This document shows, piece after piece, positions 29,483 to 42,800 of a stretch of 64,000 nucleotides of DNA. Numbering within the stretch: position 1 is the first letter of the stretch; every line of letters starts with the position of its first letter. Source of the stretch: Octopus bimaculoides (lineage: Eukaryota); contig NC_068987.1 of the NCBI RefSeq assembly GCF_001194135.2, positions 24,816,510 through 24,880,509 on the forward strand, read 5' to 3'. Under the pieces are notes generated by a model. The model ran no database searches. It was not told the DNA's origin and saw only the letters and a program-made list of their open reading frames with translations. The position numbers and the translations under genes were made by a program.

Positions 29483-31984
29483 TGCTAACATATGTATATG
29501 CCAGTAAAAATAATCTAACAGAGAAAGAGGAATGTGTATGTTTTGTGTGTGTTGCATTGATGTTGTCCCTATTTTGAACTTTTGGTTGAGACTGAGCTCA
29601 TATTCTTAATTGCATGATTCTGTTATCTGTCTATGTAATATTTTATAGAGCTGTAAATTGATTGGACTATTGTAATTATCTAATGCATATTGATAAAAAT
29701 ATAAGTAGGGTTATTTTTCGATATTACTGTTCCAATGCTCACCGAACTATTCCACTAATATAAACTGTCTCTTCCATTTAAGTTTTAGGGAATTTGGTAC
29801 ATGTTACTGCTTGGCACTTTATACAGTATACAATATTTTAAACTTTACAGTAGATATATGGGTATTTAGCACATGTTTTGCAACCAGTTTTAAAAGTGTT
29901 ATTGTCATATTAATTACTCTTAAGAGTTCTGTTTTTAGTAAGTCCACTTTTTACAGTTTCCAATTCAGTCTTCTCTGATTAATGGGTTCAGTATGGGCTT
30001 TCTATAATGCAAGTGGACTATCTATGATTTGGGTGTTACATTGATGACTACATTTTCAATCTTTAATTCAGTGTCCAATACAGGTAATCTTCTAGTGGTG
30101 TATCTAGAGTGGTAGTCAATACTGATTTTTATACTAGAGTGGACGGAATTTGATACCCTGCATAGTACTCATTGTATATTGTTCATCCATATTGTTCATC
30201 AGCATGAGGAATTGTTTTGTTTCTGGTTTAGGCACAAGGCCAGCAATTCTGAGACAAGGAGATCAGTTGGAACCATCACCTCTAATACTTTAGTGGTACT
30301 TCATTTTCTCAACTCTGAAAGCATAAAAGGCAAAGCTGACATCAGCAAGATTTGAATTCAGACTGTAAAGAACCACAACAAATGCCACAAAGCATTCTTT
30401 CAATGCTCTAACAATTCTGCCAGTTTAGAGCGGTAATTCAAACAGGTACACGATGAATACTTCCTTCTGTCTCTCTCTCACACACACACAGAAGATTTTC
30501 TATTTACAGCAAATAGTTCAGAAGTAGATTTATAGTGCTAAGCTCCCAGCAAATCATGGTCTGCTAGATGAATTATGTAGGCTGGTTTGGAATCTGAGCT
30601 ATACAAACAGAAGGAAGTCCAGACCAAAAACAAACTATTACAATATAAGTATGCGTGTGCATGTGAGAGTGTGAATGGAAATATAGACAGAATAACAAAC
30701 AACCAGGCAAAAGGTTAGTAGTCCATGTCCTATTGCTAGCACTGGGTAAAGTCTCTGGCTGAGATAATCAACTCTCACGTACTTTAGTTCATCTAGCCCA
30801 GAAGAGGTAATAGGAGCACTGTAAAATTAATCATCCTCAACAAAAGTAAACTGTTACCATCAGGGGTAGATGTAAGTAGATTAAAGTTGAAATGTCTTAA
30901 CTGAGAACCAGTGTTGGTGGAACCTAAATTACACCCAATAAATTGGGATACATGTATCAGTGTGACATAGAGTCACAATCTAAAAAACACCTTAGAATGA
31001 GATGATCATTAATGTAAGAACTAAGCACTTCTGCTGACTCCAGCTATATATAATGAAGATAAAGAGAAATGCATCTAGATTGGACTGAACAAAATTTAGC
31101 AGCAGCAGCAAAAAAGAAGAAAAGGAGGCAAAGGTGGAGGCAAGGAAATAAGCACAGAAGCAGTGTTAAGTTCAACTCTTCTTGTGGCTTTGGAGAAAAC
31201 ACTACTACTCCAATAGTTTTGTCTCTGTGACCAATGTTGCCATTGGATTTGAACTTTGGTTCAAATCCTAATTTACTCAGTTCAGCATCTCATTCCACAT
31301 TAAAAACAGGTATCCACCATCAAGTGGACAAATTCTTTGACTAGTCATGAAGTACAGCCACCATCTATATGTTTCACACTTTCATTTAGCAGCCAGAATG
31401 AGGTAAATAATTAAAGAAAAAAAAAATGTCTCCCTTCCCTATCTAGACAAAAATATTCAGACTGAATAAAAAGAATCCCTCAAAAACACCATAAAAATAA
31501 ATATTTCTCTCTCCTTTCAAACATTCATCCAATGTCTTAGTTATTTATGATTGTTTGGAAAAAAGAATTACAAATTATATTAACAAACATATTTTACCTG
31601 GAATTATGATTTCTTTATTTTTTGTTATTCAATTTATTTTCTCCAATTTCTTTCTCTTTTTTTTTTCTCCTTTTGAAATTTTATACGAAAGAAAATAAAA
31701 AGCATGATGTACCCACAATGTTGTCTCAATTCTGGCAGTGTTTATCCATTTCTGTGATCTTTCTACAAAGCAACCTTGATACTTTGCATTTATCACAAAT
31801 CCTAGCAATCTTTCTTGAAACTAAGTTCTCCGATGTTGCTTGAATCACAGATGACCCCTACAAAGAATGTTATCTTACATTGCGTGACTTACAAACCAAA
31901 CCTAATGACCTTCATAAAGTGACCAGCCACCACCATTACACAATGTTAGTTATACTATAACTGCACCAATCTTTTGTGATGACA

Positions 31985-32440
31985 ACCCAGTAATATTTAT
32001 TATCACAAATGTAGAGATCCCTGTGTTGTATATCACATAGTACTGCTTTTTTAACGAGTGTGGAAATTTGTATAGTGTACAGAATATGACCTATATTACA
32101 AATGAAGAGATAACCTACATTGTATATCACATAGTACTGCATTTTTTTTTACAAGTGTAAAAATCTGTATACTGTATGTTAGAGTGCTGCCTGTATTACA
32201 AATGCAGACATTTCTTCACTGTATATTACATAGAATAACCTGTATTACAAATGATGAGATCTCTACACTGTATATTACATCGTATTACTTGTATTATAAA
32301 TGTAGAGATCTCTATACTGCATACAAAATAACATTGTCTGTATTACAAATGTAGAGATCGTTACACTACATACAACAAAGCATTGCCTGTATTACAGATG
32401 TAGAGATCTCTACATGGCACTGCCTGTATCATAATGTATC
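31985..32440. repeat. Degenerate minisatellite, unit about 50 bp, about 8 copies
   Basis: Recurrent cctgtattacaaatgtagagatct.tac..tgtatattacat core. Confidence 0.8.
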
Positions 32441-32889
32441 TGCTGGCAGAAAGTATATCACCAGTGTATTGCAAGTACAACGATCAATGTTAAGTAATAG
32501 CCCTGCTTACACATCATCATATCACAGGAATTGCTGTAGTAACAATCATATATCCTAGCCGTAACAGTCTCCATAGAAAGCAAGTCAAGTGTCACATCAC
32601 TACTTGTTACCAATAGTTACATTAAAAACAGAATCTGAGGAAACTAGTATTAGTGGTGGTCTATGTCAGTAAATATTATACAGTGAAGTTAATGAGTTTT
32701 GATAAGCTTGTCTGTCAGAGCAGAAGAGAAAGTTAGTATTTCAGGATTTATTCTTCACCTGAGAGGAATGAGATTTTTCAACACCTCTTATACAGATAAC
32801 GAGTCTAGAAATATAAGATTCCTCTTCTATCACTGGTATATGAACATACCTAAATTAATTAACTACAAGTGTTATTCTTGCTTTAACAA

Positions 32890-33130
32890 TGTCCATTAGA
32901 TGCCACCAGAGTCTACATATATTACTGTTGTAGAAGTGTCCACTAGATGTCAGTGTCATCATATATTAGTGTTGTAGCAGTTATCCACTAGATATTCCCA
33001 CCGTTCACCAGATGTCACCAGTGCCTACATATATTACAACAGTACTAGAGTCTATACACTAAGTCATTAGTGATTACATATACTGCAGTAGTGACCACAT
33101 ATGTTATAGCAATACCCAGAGAGAGTATAC
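32890..33130. repeat. Degenerate minisatellite, unit about 45 bp
   Basis: Recurrent cactagatg...catatatta...gtag core. Confidence 0.55.
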
Positions 33131-33962
33131 ACATTATGTTTCCAATCTCTACAAATATTGTAGCACCTCTAAAAAAAAAAAAAAAAAGCAGCAGCATCCA
33201 AATATCAAATAATAAAAATGAAAATGAATAAATAATTTAAAAATAAACCTTTGTATTTAACCAACCAAATGAAACAGCAGATCACAGAAATATATATGAG
33301 CAGAAAATAAAAATATAAAGCTTGTGGTCAAGGACGTACAATTACAAGAATGCATCACAGAAAAATAAATAAACTTTAAAATAAAAACAATCTGAAAATT
33401 ATAACAAAATAATCTTAAGATATTTCCCAAAATGAAAATAATAAATAAGAATGAATCTCTGCAAATAACAATTGTCCCATATGAAACCCCATTAATAAAT
33501 GATATTCAAAAACTAAAGTTTATTTTTTGAGATGAATTAAAAGTAGTATGAAGCTTTTTTTTTCTCACATTCTTTTAATCTGTGCTACATTTCATATCAC
33601 ATGACTATCAGCTTATTCAACAGATCAAAATATCTGATCAAAATATTTTTGGAAATATAAATATAAGAGGTTAATGATGGTGAGGTTAACAGAGAAGTGT
33701 TGATCGTTTATCTCACAACACATCAACACAGGCATTTCTGATCCAATTTATACAAACGTAGCCAGTCTGTCACTAGCCAATATATTTTAGTGACAGTTGT
33801 GATAGAAATATAGTTTAGATAGAAACACAAAAAATGTGAGGTTTATAGTCACAGAAGTCCCTAGCTATTAGTGTAGGATGATAGAGATAAGGAAAGAGAT
33901 ACAAAGACAAAAATATAAAGTATTGGTCCCAGCAATAATTTAGAGTCTTTTCAATCAATCCT

Positions 33963-34119
33963 TTACCCTATAATAGAAGAAGAAAATTTCTCTGTGTCTT
34001 CATTTGGTACTAATTGCGTCAGCACATTCTGTAAGCAATTTGTGGCTTCCAGTAAACCAAATTTTGCAAGGTATCTTCGTTTCCAACTCGTACGAAAGTT
34101 CTCAATCAGTTCCAGCAGT
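33963..34119 (-). CDS. GH20-like last coding exon (LLELIENFRTSWKRRY...SSIIG*)
   Basis: Acceptor ctttgcag, only one open frame, TAA at 33965-33963. Confidence 0.8.
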
Positions 34120-36791
34120 CTGCAAAGATAAAGGAAATTGAGAGGCATAACACTGTTCCTTACTGGAAAGATTCCCATGATGAAGATTTTACAGATAAGG
34201 TCCCTATATTCAGAAACATTTTTGGCCCTTTTGGTACCAACCTGCCTGAAACTGCACTTGGTCCTACAATATAAACTTCCAGTTTTAAAATGATCTAAAT
34301 TAAAACCTTCCATCAAAATTTCATGTTAATTTATGTTCTAAAAACCTGATTCATAATGACAAAATTGTTTTACTAAAATCTTAATTATTTCCAAAATTAA
34401 TTAAAACAAAGGTAGCACATTTCAATAGGAATTTGGTAACAAAAGGGTTAGTGTGTACATCAGCAATATCATGCTCTCTGAGACAATGGAGTAATGTTAT
34501 ATTCATGGAAATTTTCTGCCTATTGTTCAAAAAATTTTTTTTGACTTAGTTAGAGGAAGGAAGGCAGAGGTTATGATACCCACTTAAAGGCTCCAAAAAC
34601 TTGGGAGGAAAAGAAGAAAACATAAAATTATTTTCAGATCAGAAACATAGCCCAAATGTTTACACTTAAGGACCAGGTACCTGTATTAAAGCTGGTTACA
34701 GGTTAAGTCTACCACTCAGAAATAGAAACCATCCCTCCAATGGGCTTTCACACAAGTTTCCTTTAACAAATTAGTAACTTGGGGTTGAACAGCAACAATA
34801 ATTTCTTACATTTGGACAAAGTCACATATTTGTAGGAGAGATATATTCAGCTGAGTTGAATCCAGGACTATTACTGGTACTTATTTAATCAACTCTGGGC
34901 TATAACTGAATCCACTTCTGTAGGGTTTGAACTCAGAATGTAAAGACATGTGGCTAACTACTTGCAAAGTAATTAGACCAATCTCCTACAATTCAAGCCA
35001 CCCAAGAAATAGCAATTTCTTATATTAGCATAAGGCCACAAATTTTGCAGACCCCAGAACTTAACTAATAATTTATTTTATTAATCCCAGTAAGATAAAA
35101 GCAAAGTTAACATCAGTACAATATGAACCCAGAACCTAAACATCACAAGATATATCATCTCATGCTCTAACAATTATGCCAGTTGAGTACAACCCTTAAA
35201 ATATTAGCAAACTTTCACACGGAATAGGGGCCCCTTATTCTCTACAACAAAATAGTACATAAAACATGCAAAAACCTGTTAGCAAGATCTGTTTTTCCAG
35301 TAGCAGTCAAGTTTGTGATTCCAAGATTTACTATACGCAAGCCAGACAAGGGATCAGGGTTGCGACCAGCAGTCACCATAGCGCGTCCAATCCTGTCATG
35401 TTTTGAGAAACAGAAATTAACAGACAATGACAAGCAGGAAATGTGTTACAGTACAAGATAATATATTACCACAATATAAAACAACAGATGAAAACATTAT
35501 GTAACATAGTACAGTACTTGTTTTTGTTGTCATTGTCATCATCATCATCATCATTTTAAAATCCACTGTTTCATGTTCACATGGATTGGACAGAATTTGT
35601 CAGGGCAGATTTTCAACAATTGGATACCCTTCCTGTTGCCAACTGTCACCTGCTTCCAAGGTAAAATTTTTCTCATGACCAGACATGTTTAAACAGAAGA
35701 TCAGAAATGAAGGGCAGCACTTGTATTCCAGTGACACTTATTTACAACTATCAAGGCAATGACACTACCACACACCACACATGTTATACACACACACACA
35801 CACGCATGCACACGCACACACAATGGGCTTCTTTCAGTTTCTGTCTATTAAATCCACTCACAACACTTTGGTTGGCCTGGACTATAGTAGAAGACACTTA
35901 ACCAATGTGCTGCACAATGGGACTGAACCTGGAACCTTGTGGCTGGGAAGAAAACTTCTTAACACACAGCCATGCCAACAGTACTAGGTTCATAACTGCT
36001 GAAGCTTAGCTCTAGTTTCAAGGTGGATGAGAGATAAATCTCTCACTAGATAGAAAACATGTTCGTTTCGGCTAATACTGACAAGCAATCTACTGTATAA
36101 TGCTGGGAATAAATTAGGCTAACTGAAGTTCGATGAATTATGTATGCTACTTAAAAACAAATGAAAATTTCTACAGTGAATTTGAAAACTAGACCTATGT
36201 TTGATATTTCAGTGTCATATTCATGAAGGTACTTTACTTCTACAAACTATAGAATGTGTAACTAATTGCTGTTTGGGAAGTAATCACCAGCTTTCAACAA
36301 TTATAAGCAGTTGAATTAGGAAGAACCATGCTGGGGTGGGGGTGGGGGGTGGGGGGTACTGATCCCATACACAAACAGCTTCCAAAAGATTTTCCAGTTG
36401 ATTGTTACTCATTCATTGTACAACCTCTGGTTCAACAGATACGCTGTTTTGCTCTATCTGTGTCTAATTTATCACTGCCATGCTAAATTCAGCTACCCTG
36501 AAAATTAGCTACATGTATACCAGTTGTACAACTCTTTCTCTTGTCACACTACCTTAGTGTGCATTTCCCCCTTTCCTATCAGATCCTGGAACTAATCACT
36601 TCTCCATACTTCTTACTTTTCAGAACATCAACCTTCTGGAAGTTCTTTCACATGATTTTTTTCCTACAGACGTTTACATGCAGATGTTCAAAATGCACAT
36701 CGACTCTGACAGTGTCACCAGATTCAGAAAGCCACTAACAGACATTGAGCATAATTTCTTTTCTTTTGATTAAACATTATGAAACAAAAAC

Positions 36792-36822
<31 letters not shown>

Positions 36823-39800
36823 TGATTTCAAATTTTGGCACAAGGCCAGCAATTTGGGGGCAGCGGCGGGGGGGGGGAAGTCGATTACATCAACTCCAAT
36901 ACTCAACTGGTACTTATTTTATCAACCCTGAAAGGCTGAAAGGCAAAGTTGACCTCAGCAGAATCTAAACTCAGAATGTGAAGACAGACGAAATGCTGCT
37001 AAACATTTCTCCCTGCATGCTAATGATTCTCCTAGTTTGCCACCTTAAACATAATAATGATAATACAAGGCACAAGAAAGCAATGTAAACTGAGATAAGA
37101 TCATCAAAGGAAATTGAGGATATTAAAGGTGGTAGAACAACTGCCATAGTAAACCCTCCTTTATGCTTCAACTTATCAGTTCAAATACTGCCAGAGCTGA
37201 CTTTGCATTTTCTCCCTAATATTTGCCACCATATTTTCATTTATCAGATAGTTTGAGAAGAGAAGTGTGAGGGGGCAAGTGCTCACAAATGTTTTAGATA
37301 GGTAAATAAAGATAACAAGGTGAAATTAATGCAGATGAACTTAGTTTTTAAGTTTCAAGAACATTAGTATCATATTTCAGTTTCTATTTTGTAGCTTATT
37401 TGGTCAAATGTTTGTATAAAAATTCAAAGAAAATTAAAAAGTAAAATAAGTAAAAACCTCTCAAATTCAACTTATCTATGTAAAAGGAATGACAACAAGA
37501 AAGAAAAGGAGAAAAAATCTGCAACAACTGCTAGGCATTAATAGACACTACAATAAGGTGATGGTGGTGGATCTGTGCTACCACCATGTCTTCCACACCC
37601 CGTATGTTGAGATTTTGATGGAAAGCACTCCCTCCAAGCTCCCTTGCACACTCTGCAGAATGACTGGTAAGGGAGCAGAGGTAATGTACTACCATAAAGA
37701 TTGAGTGGTCCCTTTAACTCTGTCTCATCAAGAACTTAACAATCTCCCTAGTACTGGTACCGTTAAAAATGTACCCAGTACACGCTGTAAAATGGGGAAA
37801 CAAATACATGAAGGAAGTGTAGGATTATAGGCTCATTAAGTCCTGTCTTGCTGAGAACTTACTAACCTCTTTAGTGCTGGTGTCACAAGAAAATGCACCC
37901 AGTGAACTCTCTGTTGGCGACAGGAAAGGTACTTAGCCTTAGAATGTAAGCTAAAATGACATGTATGGACACTACTTTGAGAGTAGTAGCTTTTGTTATA
38001 AAAGGACTCAGATTGTTCGGTCTCCAACCCATGCCAGCATGAAAACTGTTCATAAAAACAATGATGATGATAATGATTTTGATTTAAGCCATCAAACTAT
38101 CATGACAAAAATAATCTAATCTGATGTGGCCTCTATATGCAAGTTCTGCTATGACTCATAACAAAACTATTGGTAGGATACAATTTAAGGAATATTTGGT
38201 TGCTATTTCCAGCATGTCAGATGGTCACATACAGCTCTTACATTGATTTGTTACTATCATTATTTGTTAAGTGAGGAAATAGTTGTTTTGTTGGTAAGAC
38301 AATCTGAATTATCCAGCATTTCTCAATGTTCTCATCATTTGGAGCAGAGCTGTATTTTTACATAGTACCCATCTATAGCAACATGGAATGCATGATACAG
38401 AGTTCTCCCTATATTCCTTACTTAATAATGATAATTAAAAATAGGAATATTTTTGTCTTTTCAACTTACTTAAAGGTAAAAAGGATCTTTTCCCTTTGAA
38501 CGGCACATCGAGAAAATTAATTTTTTGTAACTAAAGCACTTTCAAACTTCGGACACTGATAGAATGTGTCATATAAAACATCTTTTACTCTTAAGTGTTG
38601 TTGAGAAAGGTTTATATTTTCAAAGTTATTTCATGTTAAAGTAGTCGTATTTCAGTAATTTCAACCAATCAATGACATGTATTCAGCTGAATAAAATTAC
38701 TGCTGTTGTTTGTCAACAACTATCGGCAGTGTATATTTCGTTTGTCTCTGTTATTTATGACATTGTTCGTGCGTTTGTACTGGCTTTTAGCTTTAGGGTT
38801 TTAGGGTTAGGATTTTAGAGTTGGTGTTAGAGTTAAGGTTTTAGAGTTAGGGGGTGAGGATTAAGGTTTTGGGGTTAGGGTTGGGATTTTTGGGTTAGAG
38901 TTACGGAAAAAAGTGAGAAATGAAGAAATTGGAGGGGGAGGGGTGAGTGGGGAAAAACAGTCTTTCCGAAAATAGTAGCTGAAAAACAGGAAAAAAAAAA
39001 CTAAAAGCAGTAGAAATGCATGAACGATTGTGGTGGTGCCAAGTAAACACGCTTCAGATACACTTGTTTATTCATACAAATGTAACTGAGATGAAATATG
39101 TCATAAATAACAGTGACAAAGAAATATACAATGCCAGAAGTTGTTGACAAACAACAGCAGTAATTTTATTCAGCTGAATACACGTCATTGATTGGTTGAA
39201 ATTACCGAAATAGAACTTTAACATGAAATAACTTTGAAAATATAAACTTTTCTCAACAACACTTAAGAGTAAAAGATGTTTTATATGACACATTCTACCA
39301 GTGTCCGAAGTTTGAAAGTGTTTAGTTACAAAAAATTAATTTCTCGATGAGCCGTTCAAAGGGTAAAGATCCGGTAAAAAGCATATTTGAGGCAAAAAAA
39401 TAAAATTTTCTTACACACACACAATGATAAAGCTCTTTTATCAATTTCTATGTATGAGCAGCCAGTTATTCAATTGACTGGATGACATTGTTTAATGTCC
39501 TCTTCCTGTGCTGCTTTGACAGGAGCTAACCAGGCAGAATCCTGTGCCATGCTTTTGTATCTGTTTTGGCAGGGTTTTTACAGCTGGATGCCCTTCCTAA
39601 CACCAACCAATCTTGATTGCTTGTATGCAATAATGTTTAAGCATAAAATAAAAAATCTTTAGAGCTTGTCCAAACTTAAAATTTTCCCACTTTCCTGCCA
39701 TAAGAGCATAACATTTGAAGCTTGAAGAATAATTGTCACTAATTTAGGCTCAAAGCCAGAGCAATTTTGAGTGGGGTTAGTTTAGCTAATTATGTTGACC

Positions 39801-42800
39801 CCAGTACTTGACTGGTACTTTATTTTATCAACTCTGAAAGCAAATCTGACTTTGATAGGATTTGAACTCAGAATGTAAAGAGCTGGAGTACATACTACAA
39901 CACAGTTTTTTCAAACTCTAATGATTCTGCCAACAGACATTAATGGGTTACAAAGCAATGCAAATAACGACTCAGACTATAGGTAAGTGGCTATTAGGCC
40001 AAGACAAAAATGGATCTCTCAGACACACTTCTTAAATTATGAACTGTTATGATACTTGCCGTACTGCCAGGATCATCATATCTGTTGTGAGAAGCACCTC
40101 AGAAATGATTTCCTTTGATTGTGGGCAATTCAATTGGATGCTTGTTACATCAGATTGGTGCTTCCGTAGAAGGCGGTTGGCTCGCTTCAATGAGATAACA
40201 GAAAACAAATTGTATTATAGTACTGAAATAGTTTTGAATTAAGAGACACAAAAATTATTATTTGTGTGTGTATTTGTCTATATATAACATACATAGAAGT
40301 GGATAACTGAATACAATTAATGAACAACGAAATTGAAACATAATCTTGTATATGCTGAGGCACACCTATTTATTTAAAAGGGAAAATGTGAACAATTATA
40401 TAGGTGCAGGCATGACTGTATAGTAAGAAGTTTGCTTCCCAACCACACAAGGCTTTGGTTGACAATAATATAAGGCTAAAATTCTTCAAGCTGGTGTCCC
40501 AGCATGGTCACAGTCTAATGACTGAAACAAGAAAAAAATAAAAAGATATATAAAATGAGTTTTTTTTTCAGTCTTGATGTACCAAATCCACTCACAAGGC
40601 TTTGGTTGACATTGGAGTTATAGTAGAGTGTGTTTGCTCAATGCACCCTGCAATGGGACTGAACCCCATATCACATGGCTGGGAAGCAAACTTCTTGTAT
40701 GTTGTTATTGTCTTTACGTTGTCACCATGTGGGCACAGCGATATTAGATTACATCCCTCATTAACAAAATATCCAATTCAGTAGTGTAATGTGAAGAAGG
40801 GCACCTGAAGACAGAATATTGCTTCAAGATGACTCGATCAAGTCATGCACTGGATCAAACCAGGAACAATATGTTAGAGCAGTGAACTTCTAAACCACAG
40901 AACCATGTCTGTGCTTGTATATAAACATCAAAATCTATAAGTATTGTACATAGATAACTAAAGCAACATTATTTCTTAGACAGTACAGCCACAGCAAGAA
41001 CTGTTCATCAAATGTCTTATTTAGCTTATTTTAGATTTTGTTATGCCATAGGTCAATTAAAATAGATTTGACAAAGACTATATATGATGTCAGCAATACA
41101 TAAAGACTGAATGTAAAATCTAAAATTACAGGAATCTGATATGGGTCTGTGTTGGCAACAAGTAATACAAAGGAAATGTGGTAATAACTAAAATTAAATG
41201 CTGTTGTAATGAGGAAAGGCACTCTACAGGTGTTTCAAGCAGAGGCTCTTTACCAAGAAAGAGACAGGAAAAGTTCTGTTGGCTATTATAAAGACTTCAT
41301 GGTAGTTATGGAGGAAGGAAATGGATATGTATGTAGGTTTGTGATTTCTAAGTAGAAGATATGTTAGTGTCTGGGTATATGGGTATGTGAGAATATCAAG
41401 GAAGGACGAGTACTGTATGTACCTATATACATAAGTCAGAGGGTAAGGACTTGAGATAATATAAAGGTTGCTGATGCTACAGGACAGCATAAAAAGACTG
41501 AAGTGTTAAACTAATCCCTTACCTGTAGAATATCTGATGTTAAGTCTTCTAATCTTGTTTCATCAGGTCGTATAAGGAAACTAGTAAGAGTGGAGCCATT
41601 TTCACAAGGAAGAGAGGTTTGGTCATCATCTAAAAAAGAAGAGATAAAGAGGTCATCAAAAGAGCATATAGTAGGCATAAAAAAGGTGCAGTGGAGATGG
41701 ATATAGTTGAATAACTGTACACAAGGAGAGAGAGCAGTGATATTTCTCTTTGGGATACATTGGAAAAAATGCAGAAAGTAGGCTAAATAAAATTTTTGAG
41801 GACTGCTGAAGTTGTAAAGAAAAAAACAAGTAAGATTTGTTGTTTTCAATATCCTAGTAAAATAATTATTTTTTCAGTATGTAAAGTAAATTCAGATATC
41901 CTAGTAAAGTGTGTGGGTGTGTAAGACTACCCTTACATAAAACTACTATCCACCACAAGTAGTTCTTTATCAAAGCTCTAACAAACCTGTTGCACAAAAA
42001 AGAAGAAAAAAGAAAAAAAGGGAATAATTAGAAGTATTGGAATCAGAAATAAAATTACTAAACAATTTTCAAGAAGAGCAACAGCAGACAAATAACAAAA
42101 GCAAAAGGAGCAAAAAAGAAATGTAATAAACTTAATACAATTGGTGACACTGTATTGATGAAAACAGTGAGTTGACAACACATCAAGACTTCATAATGCT
42201 GCTTTTCCCTTCCACGGAGGGAATAACAAATTAACACTCATTTGTCACTTGTGGTCACCATAAAATATTTTTGTTTCAATATAAGAATTTAATAGCATCA
42301 ACCAAACAGGAACTAAAAATCACACACCATTATCTTTGACAGGAACTAGCTTCCTACCTGGTTTCTTTTGGGAACATCGATAGATGTAGGTCTCAATTCT
42401 TCCCAACTCAATGATAACTTGTCCAAAAACAGAAGAATCATCACGAAATATATGTTTGTTCATAAGTTCTGCCAGATGGCTGTGAAGAAACTCCTGAAAT
42501 AAGAATGAGATCTGAAATAAGAATGAGATCCATATAATCTGTAATAGGCACAGGCATGGCTGTGCAGTGAGAAGCTTGCTTCTGAACTACATGGTTTTAG
42601 GTTCAGTCTTACTGCACGGCACCTTGGACAAGTGTCTTCTACTATAGTCTTGGGCTGACCAAACCCTTGTGAGTGGATTTGGTAGACAGAAACTGAAAGA
42701 AACTCATTGTATGTGTATGTGTGTGAGTGTGTTCATGTCTGTTTTTGTCCCTTCCCATCACCACTGCTTGAGATCCGATGCTGGTGTGTTTATGTCCCTG

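Noticed and set aside
31985-32440. CRISPR-like array
   Set aside because: Units are degenerate tandem copies without unique spacers, in a eukaryotic context with no cas genes.
21000-33900. A third host gene between the two convergent genes
   Set aside because: All recognisable ORFs are transposon remnants; no spliceable exon chain was found.
34120-34316. Upstream extension of ORF 33963-34316 as coding sequence or a 44-nt intron
   Set aside because: The upstream part lies in a piggyBac-like MITE, and the acceptor at 34119 joins exon 35392-35276 in frame.
36010-36090. Hammerhead-like GGATGA...GAAAACATGTTC
   Set aside because: Two core mismatches plus an insertion after helix II; too degenerate to claim.
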